Shown here in pieces: positions 37,578 through 50,730 of a stretch of 64,000 nucleotides of DNA; the first letter of the stretch is position 1; the number at the start of each line of letters is the position of its first letter. The stretch lies in assembly GCA_013239625.1 (NCBI GenBank), contig PNXV01005434.1, positions 62,001 through 126,000 of the forward strand. The letters are read 5' to 3'. The translations under genes were made by a program, and so were the position numbers. The DNA is from Lama guanicoe (Eukaryota). Under the pieces are notes generated by a model. It saw nothing but the letters and a program-made list of their open reading frames with translations, had not been told where the DNA came from and did not search any database.

Positions 37578-39559
37578 CCGATGAAGAGCTTCTGTGTCCT
37601 AAAATAAATTGTATATAATGAACATTAAAATATTGTATTGCAATTCTCCCTGAACTCTTGTCTTAGGACCATCACTCCTTTTTCGGATCTACCAAGAGAG
37701 AGCCTCCCTTTGCTATTAATAGTGAAGGTCATTTCTTCCAGAAAAATTCCCCAGAGCCGTACTCCTGGTACTAATCCCCAGAGCTCGCCCAAGTCTTCTT
37801 CAAACTGCATAAAATGCTATTTCCATTTTAATGCTCAAGTTTTTCCTGGCTCTGTGTAATGTGTTGCTGTATAATTATAAGAATAGAGAAAAACAATCTA
37901 ACCACATGCTGAGAGAGAGAGAAAAATTAGACAAGTGAGGCATAATTGGGAAAATAAGGAGATAATTAATCTTTACAGACTCCTCTCATGGGCCAGACTC
38001 TTATAAAGTATGATCTCATTTAGAACCATCTTGTGAGATATTTATTTTTATCCTCCTCTTTTTTTTTCTTTCCTTTTTTTTAATAGAAGAAAAACTCTGA
38101 GAGCTATCTTACCCAAGATCTCATGTTCTGTAACTGGCAGAGCCAAGATCCTTAGAGTCCGCAGACAACAGTTTTTGCTGCTGCTTCACACCAGGTGACT
38201 TTCTCAACACACTGCTCAATGTGAAGAATTGAGAAGTGGCGGGAGACATAGAGAAGGTATAAGGAAAGACATAACACGGAACCATAACTTGTCACACCAC
38301 CCCTATCACAGCTGCAGTGATTTTCCTGACACTAGACAGTCTTGGGATTTGCAGATCAGAATGTTTTCTAAGGCTGTGTTGTTTGATGCCTTACCATGGA
38401 GAATAATATGAGAAAAAGATTCACACACAACTCAGTCTCTAGCCCACTCAGACGATTTAATGAGGAAATTAGTTTAAGTGTGCTTTTGATAAATACCGAG
38501 GTGACTTCTAGTGGAAGAAATATAGAATTTATGTATTCTAAATTCTGGGTCAAGATAAAAGGAAATAAGCAACCTCCAGAACAAAAGGTAATATTTTTTA
38601 GAATCTTCATTATTCTAGACAAATCTAGAACTTTTTACATGTAATCACTTTTATGATCATCTTAACAAAATTGTGAGATAAATAATAACGTTAATCACAT
38701 TTTAAAGATGTAAAAACTGAGAGAGAAGTTAAGTAACTGGCCAAAGCCACCCAATGAAGAAATGGTAGAAATGGGAATCAAATCCAAGGGGTATTTTCCT
38801 AGACTTCTATGTATATGACCAAAATTCTCTGTAAAGTCTGTGGCAAAGGGTATACACATGATATGTGTATAGTAAAAGATATTAAATAACTCAAATAAAA
38901 AATATAGAAAACCAGAAGCACAAAACAACTTAACAGCCTAAAATCAAGCACATCACTTATGATTATAAACGTATATTGTTGAATTCCTATATTTAGAAAC
39001 ATAGGCATGAATCAAGTCCTTTAAATAAAATCCAATGTCACATTGCTCTCATGAGAAAGCTCTGAAAGAAAGTAATGGAGAGGGTAAAAGGGACAGATAG
39101 ACAAGGCTTCTTCAGAAAAAATTAAAGACAAAGGAAGCAAACCTGACAAAATGAAAATCAAAAAGTGTAAAATTTAATTTTAAAAGCATTAAGTGAAGCA
39201 AGAGATACTTTGTACAATTAAAAGGAGCACTTCTAAATGAAGGCATGTCGTACTGCCTGCAGACAGCTCTTCTAAACACTCATTTAAAATGAAAAATAAA
39301 TAACGCATCAATCTATCCATTTACACACTTCTTCTCTTTTCTAATTATTAGCCTTCACAGACTTCCTTGTAATTCCCTTCACTCTTTGAAGACACAAGCC
39401 CAGCTATTACCTGCAATAAATTTAACATCCTTGCCATTCACCTACCCAAGACTTGCCCTCAAAGTATGTAGCATCATCCTGGATGGCTTTATTTTGTTGC
39501 AGAGGGTCAGCCACACAACTCCAGGGCCATACCTTTGAAGTACTGTAACCTAAAATTGA

Positions 39560-41110
39560 CTAATGTCACACATAACAAATGTATTTATTGTATCTGTTCA
39601 ATTATGTGGTTCAGCTAATACTGATTCTCTCTTCAACAACCTTGAGCCCTGTAGGGTGTTGACTTTTCACTATGATTCATTCAGGATCCAAGTTTCTTTG
39701 CATCCCTTGTTACATAAGGTAAATTCTATGAGTCACCATTTTAACAACTCTTTTACAAACATTTTGCTCCCCTTGCTCCACTGACCTTCCATTTCATGTA
39801 TGTGTCTAAACTCAATTACTAGATTAATAAACCCAGTAAGCACTCTTGGTCATAATGGAAATCACTTCTTAACTAGGCACACTTGTGTTCCCCAAATTTC
39901 ATGATCATGCACGGTTAACTTAATCTTCCACCCTGTCCAGTGGTCCAACAGCCTGATCCTGTTCAACTCAGTCTCCCTCTGTGGCTTTTCCCCTCCTCTC
40001 CTCTAAGCACATTCACCACCCCCAACCCCCTCTTTCTCAACAGATAATCTTTTATTTGACTTCAGAGAGAAATTAGAATCCATTAGCTATGAAATCATGT
40101 AAGATAGCCATCACATCTGCCTATTCTCTACCCTTTTTCCTTGTTATAGTTGGCAAAAATGCCCCTGTCATTTCTGGGACCAAAAACAAACTCATACCCT
40201 TTATGTCAACCTTCCCCTGTCATCAGGTACCTTTCATTATCACCCATTCTCTTTCTTGCCTTTGTCTTCAACCTAGTCCTTTAAAACATCTGCTCCTTCA
40301 GCACTGAAACAATTAAAATGTGCTCAAATGTCTTCCCAACTAAATTATAAAGAATTATATTCTCACCTCTATAACTAAATACATAGTTGTCTACACTACT
40401 CATCCCCATTCTCAGCTCCCACTTACCCTCTGTCTCATGTTAATCTCATTTCTGTCCTCACCTTTCCACTGAAGCAGCTGTCACTAAGGTCACCCATGGT
40501 GTCCACAACCCATCTTTCAGTCCTGATGGACGTCTCAGCAGCCTTTGACACTACTGATCATCCCCTCAGTCTGGAAACATCCACTTAATGTTTATCACAA
40601 ACTTTTTGAGTTTTTATTCAACATCACTAACATTGTACCTCATCCTTGACTGTTTCTCTTACTCTGTAGCTCTTAAATCCTGCTATTTCTCAAGGCTTTG
40701 CCTGAAGCCATCCTTTTCCTGTCCATACTTTTCCTGATCTATATCATCAACTCTTCAGACTCCAATTAATAGCTATACATTGCCTCTCCCAATTCTTTAG
40801 CTCCCATTTAGATCTTTCAAGACACACATATCCATCTGCACCGTGGATGTGCACCGTTTTTGGGTATCTCATGGGTACCTCATATTTAACATTTTAAAAA
40901 TTAAAATTAAAATTCATCGTATTTCTCCACAAACTTAATGCCTTCTACTGTGTCTAATATTTCAGAGAATGTTAATATCATGCAATAAATGAGCCAATAG
41001 AGAGATCTGAAATACCTCATTTGTACCTTCTCTCTTTAAATCCACCATAGACAATCCATTATATTGATCCAATTATTTTTTCAATCTAAATTAAAAATCC
41101 TTAACATAAC
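39560..41110 (+). mobile_element. Long degenerate L2 LINE segment
   Basis: gacttcagagagaaattagaatccat, tttccactgaagcagctgtcactaaggtcacc, tctcagcagcctttgacactactgatcatcccct. Boundaries approximate. Confidence 0.6.
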
Positions 41111-43255
41111 TAACAGAGTCTCCACAATCTAGACTTACAACCTTTTCAGACTGCTTGCTATACTCTACAAATGCTTGCCAGAAAAATCCTGCATTTTCTA
41201 AAAATACACATGTTAAAAGCAATGTCCATGTGAGAGATGATGGTAAATTCCTCTACCACTTCATTTACAGTATTTAATTATTTCCTCATATATTTTTACT
41301 TCAGTATCCACTGAGACTCCTATCTTTTCTCTGAAGATGAATAGAAATGAGGCCAATGATGGTGGAAACCCATGTGGTGAAGAAGAATGAGACCACGGCC
41401 ACTCCCTAAGGCTGAGCTAACACAGTGCAAGGTGTTCAAAGTAGTACCCAAGCACAGAGTAGTCATGCATTGATACTGTGCTTCTCTGAACAGTGGTCAT
41501 TTGGATGAGTAAAAGTCTAAACAGATAACGTGTGCTATTCTAAACAAAGGTAACCTAAAAAGTGTTCTTTCCGTTCCTTCAAAGTCTCCTGACAGTGAGG
41601 CTATGCACATACTTCTCGCTTGACAGAACAAGTATTCTCATCCCTACTCTTTTCCCCAAACAAGGCTAAGTTCTGTTTATCATTCAAGTCTTAATAAAGC
41701 CCCTTTTTCATTCAGTTTAAACATCTCTTCCATGGGAACCATCTTCCTGATCTCTCTATATTTAGAAACTTTTATTTTGTACATGTATTTCCTCTTTTCT
41801 GAAATTCATCTTACTTGTAACTAATAGTTTATCGTCATTTATTTTCCTGATAGACTGCAATTTCTGCAAAGACGAAGATCATGTCAATTTTGTTTAAAAA
41901 TTTTTTTTGTTTTAATAATATCTTCAATGTTTGCACAATGGTAGCCCTTAAAAGGTGCTTATTAAATATTTCTGGAATTGGATATCACCAATGAGTCAAG
42001 ACAAAAAGAATATTCTCATTGTCTCTGAAAATGCATTTGCAATCATTAAATGTCTATTACTATATAAGTAAAGGAAAATGAACCTGTGCAAACTGCCAGC
42101 TCAGAACATGCCAAACCAGAAAAACGCTACAGGCATTTCCACTAAAGAAAAAACAAAATCATCATTATCCTTTTTATTAACATTTCTCAAGAAGTTCTAT
42201 CCAGGCAAATCGGATATTTTTAGGACTGATTACTTTTGTCCATGTCCTTTGTCTCAGCTTAGGTTTTCTTCCAGGAAACCTTTCCTTAACCCTCAAGACT
42301 GAGTCCTCTTATTCACACCCACAGAACCATGGACTTATGAAAGCACTTATCATAATTTATTACATTTATTTGCTTATCATCTCCCTTTCCTGAGTGTAAA
42401 GACATTTTCATATTCCTACTTTCATTTCCTTATCCTAATTTAATTTCTGTAAACACTTAAGTTTTATTAAATAAATGAATGATGCACAGACACAAGCTCC
42501 TGTGTGACACGGGACCTTTGCACTTTTGCAGCCACATCCCTTCCCACCCCTCCTCTAGTCTCCCTTCTATTTATTCCGTATTCTATTAAAGTGCAGGTCA
42601 ATGAACAAATGGCTAAAATAATGAATTAATTCATGAACACAAAGACACATTTTTACACATATACCCAGAAATTGTGGAATCACAGGTACGTAAATTCACA
42701 TGAAATCATATTATAGCCCCCACTTAAGAACCCTAATCTTAGAGTCGAGGCTCTGGAATTTGCACTTAATCTCTGCCTCTTTTTTGATTATCCCAAACAA
42801 ACTATTTGATTTCTCTAAAATGTCTATTTCCTCATAGAATTTTTTGTGAATGGAAGCTTTGTAAGGAGATTTTTCTACAGGAGAAAAGTTCTTAATTCAA
42901 TGAGTGGAAATGTTAAGCTCTCAATAAATAATGACTAGTGATGACATTACAATCACAAACAAAGGCAAATACACACGGACGGCAGAAACTTTCAAATCGC
43001 GTGAAAATCACAGAGCCCAGGTTCATTCTTTAGATCCAAGTTCTCAGACCATTTGTTTTTGGCTGTTGAATTGTGTCCTCAAGACGGCCCCAGTCCTACT
43101 TGTTTCCTTTTGCTTTAAGTACCCATCCTCACTCCAACCGCTAAGATTTTTAAATCCAGCCTCACGTCTGCATGCTATATCCAGGGGAAAGCTGGACTGA
43201 GACCACCTTGTCTTTTCTTACTGACTCTTTGTCCCTCCTCTGACGTCCTCTGTAG

Positions 43256-43509
43256 GTCCGGCCTTCAGTCAGCTGCCCCGGGATCTGGGCCTGAGCCATG
43301 CCCTTGGCTTTCCAACCATACCTGCCCTCCCAGGTAGATCTCACCTGGGGACTCCCCGGTCCCTGGGCCCTTGATGAGGGTGGACAGAAGTGGCATCCTC
43401 AAGGTGCCAATGTTCTTTCTCTTCCTGGGCCTTTGGAGAAGGCACTCAAGCTGGTGGGCCCTCAAGAGGCTCCAGACGTGAATCCAATCAGTGAGCTGTG
43501 GGCTGCGCG
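43256..43509 (+). other. Orphan exon-like segment with strong splice signals
   Basis: Branch-point-like TACTGAC 43219-43225, polypyrimidine tract, TAG| ending 43255, and donor CG|GTAAGG at 43510. GC-rich island in AT-rich surroundings. Confidence 0.35.
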
Positions 43510-44007
43510 GTAAGGCTGTTCCCAGAGGTCTTGGTCCTGCAGTCCTGAGGTCCCACGAGCTGGGGTGGACTGAGTCCCTGCAGGCTCAGGTCTTCTGGGA
43601 CAGGAGTATCTGAGCAGACAGAATCTCCTGGGCTTTCAAAATGACAAGTGTTCTCTCCACTCCTGCTAAAGCTGCTTACGTGATATTTTGTGTATTTGTT
43701 ATGTATATGTGTGTGTGTGTCTATGTTTGAGGCGACCTGCATTTCTTTGCTGTTATTTTGTTTATGTTATAAATTTCAATCATTTGTGTAAATATGTATA
43801 ACGTTTGTTTTAGTATGAAAATGTGAACAGATTTATAGAAGAAAAGATACAGAATCTTTTTTCTGGTTCAGGTTTAAACAGGGAATACCCTAGTTATCAC
43901 AAATCATTCATATTGATCAAATGCTTGAACTTTCATATGAAACTCCTTACACATACAGTTGTCATATCTGTCAATGTAGACATCAAAATATCTTTAGAAC
44001 CACTTTC

Positions 44008-44663
44008 TGAGACAGCATGGAAGGGGGCAGGGCACAGCCACTCAAGGAATGACAGCAATTTAACACCAAAATGGTGGAAGATTCACTGAAATGGTGGAAG
44101 ATTCAACTCCTAGTTGGCCTTGAGGATTAAGAGGTTTGACTTCTAGCAGATCTTGAGCTTCATTATATGCTCATTATAATAGCCTGATAAATAACATACC
44201 TGCAGGTGCCATGATAGTCTCAAAGCTAGCTGCAAAAGGCCAAAGAAAGGGTGGTGGCCCAATCCCTGGGAATCCCAACCCCTTCCCCAGGGCAGTTGGA
44301 ATGATCCCACCTGCAAGGTGTAAAGCTACTGAGCTCATAAAAACTGACAACACCACACCTAGTGGCCCTTTTCGCTCCCCCCCCCTTTGGAGACGGCCCG
44401 CACTCTGTCTATGGAGTGTGTGCCTACTTTTACTTTAACCTGAGCACCCAATTCCCACACCCCTTTCCTTGCCTCTCTCTTGCCTTACACTCTATGCAGT
44501 TTGTGTCTCTTTAAATAAATCTACCTTTACTCAACGGTGGCTCACACTTGAATTCTTTCCTGTGCGAAGCCAAGGACCCACACTTGGTGGGGCACGTCCC
44601 AGGGGCTCAACTGGATCCTGGGACACGATCCTCCTCACGCCCCACATCCATTCTCCTGCATCA
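44008..44663 (+). mobile_element. Solo LTR of a class I (ERV1-type) endogenous retrovirus
   Basis: TG...CA termini (tgagacag...tgcatca); 4-bp TSD TTTC (44004-44007 and 44664-44667); tandem aaatggtggaagattca near the 5' end; AATAAA near 44514; tcctgtgcgaagccaaggaccca U5-like motif. Confidence 0.85.
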
Positions 44664-45824
44664 TTTCCTCCTTCAGTAACTATTCTTGTTACTGATCTAA
44701 AGATTTCAATTCCACCCCACCAATCTACCCTCTCCTCCGAAGCCATAATAATCTTTCTAAAATAGATATATGATTGTCATCTCTGCAGAGTCTTTAGGAT
44801 AAAATAAATCTCCATTAGCATAACATACAAGATCTAGCAATTTCAGGCCCTTAACTTTCTCTTCAGTTCTGTCTCCTGCCACTCATCTCCAAAACACCCT
44901 GCATTCCAACTGATCTCTTTGGATTTTCACACACACGTAATTTTGCAAGCATCTTACATTTGCATATGTTGTTTCTTCTTTCAGAGAACATCTTTCCTAT
45001 TCTTTTCTGTCTGACTCAGCTTAGAACCTAGCATCACTTCATTTGGAAAGTCATCCCTCAATCACCCCTGTGTTTACCCTTTGCCTGGGGACTAACCACA
45101 CCATGTTTCAATTATCTGTGTAGCTCTCTGTCTCTACCTTCAGAAGGCAAATTTCTTGGAGTTGAGGACCTCATTCTGAATGCTCACTATTGTCCACAAA
45201 CTATGCTTTCAATCTATGTCCTCAATTATTATTAGTAGTAGAAATATCATCATGTATCTATATCACATTTATTTATATAACATTTTTATATATTGAAGTT
45301 ACTAATGCCAATTAGAAAATAACTTTATATTACTTGATGCATCTAAAAAAGGCCTAAAACTTCCTGAAGTTACAGCACAATACAGAGAAAAGGAGAGATA
45401 ATACTGAATTGTTAAATCTTAAGAAACCCTTTTTAGCTTATGGTGATAGCAAAAACTCAGATCACATTAGAATCATTCGACAAAAGCATACCTTACATTA
45501 GAACCTCATCTTTACTGTAACATTTTGTCGTCTTCTCCCAGTTCAAACTTTTACCTCCACCCTAATTTTCAGAAAAGTGTATATCCCATGACAAGCATGA
45601 TTAGTAGAGAAGAAAATAAGGAATTGTGGACTCTAACAGCTGCCCAAAATTTACTTTTGTCTTTGGGGAGGGGTTTATTCATGTTTTCTATAAATGCTTT
45701 ATGTATTCAGATACAATTTTTGAGGAAACAATTGTTGTTCTGATTAGAATCAATGGTGACAAATATAGTGTAAGCACTGCGGTTCATATGTAGAGCCCAG
45801 GGCATTTTAATGCTGATACCCTGC

Positions 45825-45834
45825 TGTGTGTGTG

Positions 45835-45867
<33 letters not shown>
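45825..45867. repeat. (TG)n microsatellite with one CG interruption
   Basis: Directly visible. Confidence 0.95.
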
Positions 45868-45929
45868 CACCCAAGGTCAGGTGATAACACATCAGAAAGA
45901 CAAAGAACCTGAGTGATTATTAACAATGA

Positions 45930-46462
45930 TGCATGGTGGTTTTACAAAGTGTTCACAAACTTTGTGATACTGTTATCTTCAAGAGGTAGAGCTTAATTCC
46001 CCTCCCCTTTCGTACATACAGGCTGAACTTAGTGATTCACCTCTAACAAAGAGCATGTGGTGTGTGTAGCAGGGTGTCCCTTCTGAGACCAGCCCATAAG
46101 AGGCATTGAAGCTTCCTTCTTGCTGTTTCTCTTGAATTGCCCCATCTGGAAGCAGCTGGCCTCCATGACATGAGGACAAGCAGCTTGTGTGAGGAGGGAT
46201 TGAAGCCTCTCACCAACGAACAACACTATGTAAGTGACCACCTTGGAAGTAGACCCTGCAGCTCCCACCAGCCCTTCTGAAGGTTGTGACCTCAGTAACA
46301 CCTTGACTGCAACCTAGTGAGAGACCCAAGACAGAACCACCTAGGTAGCCACTCCTAAATTCCTGTCAGGCAGAAACTGTTTTAGATAATAAATGGTTGT
46401 TTTTGTTTGTTTGAATTGCTAACTTTAGAGGTAATTTGTTACACAGCATAGATAACTAATAT
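45930..46462 (+). mobile_element. MaLR MLT1-type LTR
   Basis: cttcaagaggtagagcttaattcccctcccc...ccttgactgcaacctagtgagagaccc...ggtaatttgttacacagcatagataactaata resembles MLT1F/G. Confidence 0.8.
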
Positions 46463-49148
46463 GAAGAGGAATGAAGGTTATCATTTCATAGCCCTACCCA
46501 TGGATAAGGAAGTAAAGGTCAAGGCAGGGTATACAGTTCTTGGCCATTTAGGCTTCTTAAAGACAATCTGCTATAATTCTATTTGAATAACCCCCTTTGA
46601 AACTTACTTCAGCAGAAGAGGTCCCCTATCCTGTATGTGTGAAATATGGGAAGCACTATGAGTAGCTATAAAAGGACTTCAAGATCACTCCTTTTTCACA
46701 ACAAGTATTTACTAAAACTAGGAATAATATGTCAGGCCCAGGAAACTAGGCATCAAACTGGACTCTGAATATTCAGAGATAAATAACAGTCTATTTACTT
46801 GCGGACATAAATTTCTAAGGTCAATAGACTTGTAGAACAAAATTTCAATACAGAATGAGAATCATAGGTAATCCAGAGATGTCCATGGAAACTGAGTGCA
46901 GGGGTATTAATACCACAGCCTAGGGATCAGAGACCATCTTGAGGACTATGTTCACTTACTATGAGTCTTGAGGATGAATAAAGATTCAAGAAAAACACAG
47001 AAAAGGTATTTTGAGCCAAGAGACCAGCATGTGCAAAGGCTTAGCGGTATCAGAGGATATGATGCGTTTGGGAAATGTGTGTCATTTAGTAGAGCCATGC
47101 GCACATTTAGTGAAGTGCTGAGAAACAAAATTGCTGAGGTAGGCAGGCAATCAACCATGCATTCATGCATGCAGAACTTGAATCATTCAATACAGATACA
47201 ATGAACACTCAGTAGGAACAAAACACCATGACAGACATCAGTAATATAGTGAAAAGTGAATCAGACATAATGCCTCTCCTTGTGGAATATTCAATCCTTT
47301 GAGGAAGGCATGCATTATTCAAATATTCAACAGACTATAAGTGAAAAAATAATCACTACCTTTGATAACTGTTATGAAAATCTGTAGAGTGTTCTAAGAG
47401 TAAATGACAAAGGTATCTGATCAGGCCTGGGGATGATAGGAAAAGATTCCTTGAGGAAAATATTTGAAAGATGAAGATAATTTTAACTAAAAGCTAATCA
47501 AATAGAAATGTTTTTTGGGGCTCTTGCTATCTGTCAGTTACAGAGCCAAACCCTTCAGAAGCATTATTGGATTTAGTCCTTACTTCCTTCCAAATCAATA
47601 ATATCCTTATTGTTTCTATATTGCAGATACGACAAATGATACATAGAAAGTCAATCCAAATTGTTCAGCTGTGAAGTAAAGAATTGCTAACTCTGCTTCA
47701 CATTATGCTACATTCTCTCCAGCAGGCTTAAAAAAATAAAGAAAGAGAGAGAGAGAGAGATTCCAGTCACAAAGAAAAGAATGTGCAAAGGCCCTTAGGC
47801 AAGAAGGAGGAAGATGTGAATACAAGCACCTTAGGAACAGGTAGTATTTTGTTTGTTTGTTTGTGGTTCATATACTTAAAAATGTTACCAGCAACAAAAG
47901 CCTTTTTTAGTAAGTAAATAGACTTTCCAAGGAATTGTGTTGAAAGATGATATTCAGCTTAACAGCATATTCCTTGCCCTAGTTTACCATTCATTCATTT
48001 GTGTATTCATCCAACCTACATTTGTTAAGGCATCTACAGGAAGCACATAAGCGGAATCAAGGGGAAAAGGCTTGAGGCCAAACACCGACTGCTGGCTGCA
48101 ATTTACCAACTCCACCTTTGGATGGAATTGAGAAATTTAGCAAATCATCCAAGCTTCAGTTTCCTCGTGTGTTCATGGAGTTCTTACCTATCACACAAGG
48201 TTTGAGGATTGATTGGGATGTTGTGTGAACGGTACTTTGCACATTGTTTGGGATTACGTGAAAACCCATTTTTTAATTCGATTTTACTTTACTGTGTAAC
48301 AGGTGCTGTGGCTGCAGATGTGGCTAAGACATGTTCACTGCCTTCAAGGATGTCACAGATTAGTGTGGGAAAACACATAAGGAAGCAGGCAATTCCAGTA
48401 CAGAGTGACAAGAGATCTGTCTTTACGAAACACAAGGGGCCATGAGGACACAGGGGAGGGTACTGACATCATCTGGGGACAGGGCAAGCTAGTCACGACT
48501 CTTACATCACAGCTGAGTTTTGAAGGAAAAATAGGTGTTTTCAAGGAACATCATGGGAATAGAAACAGGCTAGGCAGAGAAAACATTATTTCAAATGCAA
48601 ATAGTAATTTTTACGTCTGCAAATACGTGGATTTTTAAGAACCTGTTTACTTTTGAAATAAGGGATTCATATAGTCTGGGCCATCCCTAATTAATTCTGT
48701 AGAAAGTAGAGCCCGTTCTTTAGACTTGGAAGTTTTTCTCATCCAGATGGTTATTGAACTTATGAGCTTACTTTGTGTTAAACAAATTTAATCTCACAAT
48801 AAGCCTATAAATTAAGTACGATCTTTTCTTTTATTTTAAAAAGAGGAAACTGAACCAGGATAAAAGAATCAAAGAAAGAGTAAAAATGTTGTGCTTTGAC
48901 ATTTTTATTGTAGAAAATTAGGAGCCTTCCATCTGATGCCTATCACTTTCTTGGTCCTGGAATCCTTACCTTTCTCCCTCTAATTTTACCAATAATTTTC
49001 TCTAACAGAATTGAGGCCTTGAAATTCATAGGAATTGGATCCATTATTGAGGCTTCCTGCTACTTATTTACAAAAGAAATTCTATTGAATCAGTGTGATT
49101 ACTTGACTTCCCACAATTTTTCTCCTCACCCATGTTCTTATCCCCAGG

Positions 49149-50111
49149 TCACTGCATATCTTTAGGAAAGAATAGAAAGATGACCTTGTCTCTGATCTGC
49201 TTTGTTTTGACACCATAAATGATGGGATTGAGGGCGGGAGGAATGGCTACATAGAGGTTGGCAAACATGATGTGAAAGGTATGAGAGATATTGTGGCCAA
49301 AGCGATGAGCAAGGACAGAGAACATGGCTGGTGTGTAGAATATGAGGATGACACTGACATGAGAACCACAGGTGCTGAGGGCTTTCTGGCGGGCATCTCT
49401 GGACGGAAGATGGAAAACAGCATGAAGGATAAGAGTGTAGGAGATGCCAATGAAGATCAGGTCTGAGATAACAGTCATTACAGGCACGGCAAAGCCATAC
49501 CAGATATTGATGGAGATATCAGCACAAGCGAGTCGGGCCACCCCTATATGCTCACAGTATGTGTGAGGGATGATACGTGTCCTGCAGAAAGGCAAACGCT
49601 TCACCAGGAACACGACTGGCAAAATGACACTAAAGCTCCGACCAACAATGCCCACCATGATCTTGACAATTGTCCTTGGTGTCAAGAGGCTGGTGTATCT
49701 CAAAGGAGAGCAAATGGCCATGTAGCGATCAAATGCCATGGCCAACAAGATGGCTGAGTCCAGAAAAAAGCTGAAGTGGAGAAAGAACAACTGAGTGAGG
49801 CACCCAGCAAATGTGATTTCTTGAGCTTTCAACCAGAATATGCCAAGTGTTTTGGGAACACATGTGGTAGATAATATGAGGTCTGCAGAGGCCAACATTG
49901 AGAGGAAGAAGAACATGGGTTCATGGAGGCTGTGGTCCACAGTGATGAGGTAGAGAAGGATGCCGTTACTTGCCAGGGCCACAAGGTAGACAGCGAAGAA
50001 AGGAATCCCAATCCAAATATGGAACTGCTCCAGCCCCAGGATGCCCACCAAAATGAAGAGGTCTGGATTAAAATTTGTTGAATTCAACGTGACCATCATG
50101 TTGACTGTCAT
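49149..50111 (-). CDS. Intact class I olfactory receptor, OR52H-related, about 320 aa
   Basis: NST sequon, [51 protein letters not shown]. Acceptor TGTCCTCAG| (exon start 50114) makes ATG 50111, or a nearby downstream Met, the likely start rather than 50183. Confidence 0.9.
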   Translation of the reverse strand: MTVNMMVTLNSTNFNPDLFILVGILGLEQFHIWIGIPFFAVYLVALASNGILLYLITVDHSLHEPMFFFLSMLASADLILSTTCVPKTLGIFWLKAQEITFAGCLTQLFFLHFSFFLDSAILLAMAFDRYMAICSPLRYTSLLTPRTIVKIMVGIVGRSFSVILPVVFLVKRLPFCRTRIIPHTYCEHIGVARLACADISINIWYGFAVPVMTVISDLIFIGISYTLILHAVFHLPSRDARQKALSTCGSHVSVILIFYTPAMFSVLAHRFGHNISHTFHIMFANLYVAIPPALNPIIYGVKTKQIRDKVIFLFFPKDMQ

Positions 50112-50594
50112 TCCCTGAGGACAAAATATCACAGTTGACTCCAGGGACAGACAGCCCATGAATTCCCTTTCAGTCTTTTCCATAACTAGGATCCTCCCTT
50201 TCTATCACGATCACCTAACAAAAACTAGGGAAAATGTAACCTACCTCTTGTCACAACCACTACAGCATTTTCCAAAAGCTGCCAAGAGACCTCAATTAAA
50301 CCAATTATTCCCCATCTATGGATATCACCATAACTGTATTATTACTATATTAGGACCAAGTCCCAACAGATTCATGACCTACGAACATATTGGCCCTTGG
50401 TTGTCAGTTAAAATTTCAAGATTGTCCTGCCCTTACCAAGTAACTCAGTCTGAGATTTCTCAAAGATGTAAATATTGACTATCTACCCTACACCATGAGT
50501 CTCAGTAATATCTTCGCTGAGGTATCCATTCAAAGAAATAACAGGAACCATGTGCAAATTAGCAAATCTGCATTGTTTTAAAACTAATGTATCA

Positions 50595-50730
50595 GATGAG
50601 GGTATAGCTCAAGTGGTAGAGCGCATGCCTAGCATGCACAAGGTGCTGGGTTCAATCCCCACTACCTCCTCCGAAAAATAAATAAATAAAATCTAATTAC
50701 CTCCCCCAACCAAAATGTAAAAAATAAAAA
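50595..50730 (+). mobile_element. tRNA-Ala-derived SINE (vic-1-like), full length
   Basis: gggtatagctcaagtggtagagcgcatgcctagcatgcacaaggtgctgggttcaatcccc (Pol III A and B boxes) plus (AAAT)n tail. TSD taaaactaatgtatca / taaaaccaatgtatca. Confidence 0.9.

Noticed and set aside
41350..41418. C/D-box snoRNA-like pattern (GGCCAATGATGG...CTGAGC)
   Set aside because: Imperfect C box, weak terminal stem, no host intron and no guide sequence I recognise. An Rfam/Infernal search would settle it.
29700..49570. Near-identical patches among the three OR52H-like genes suggesting gene conversion
   Set aside because: Synonymous differences are visible throughout and the patches coincide with conserved OR52 motifs; a formal test would be needed.
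50598..50670. tRNA-Ala-like gene
   Set aside because: Followed by an (AAAT)n tail and flanked by TSDs, with related copies elsewhere in the window, so it is a SINE head.
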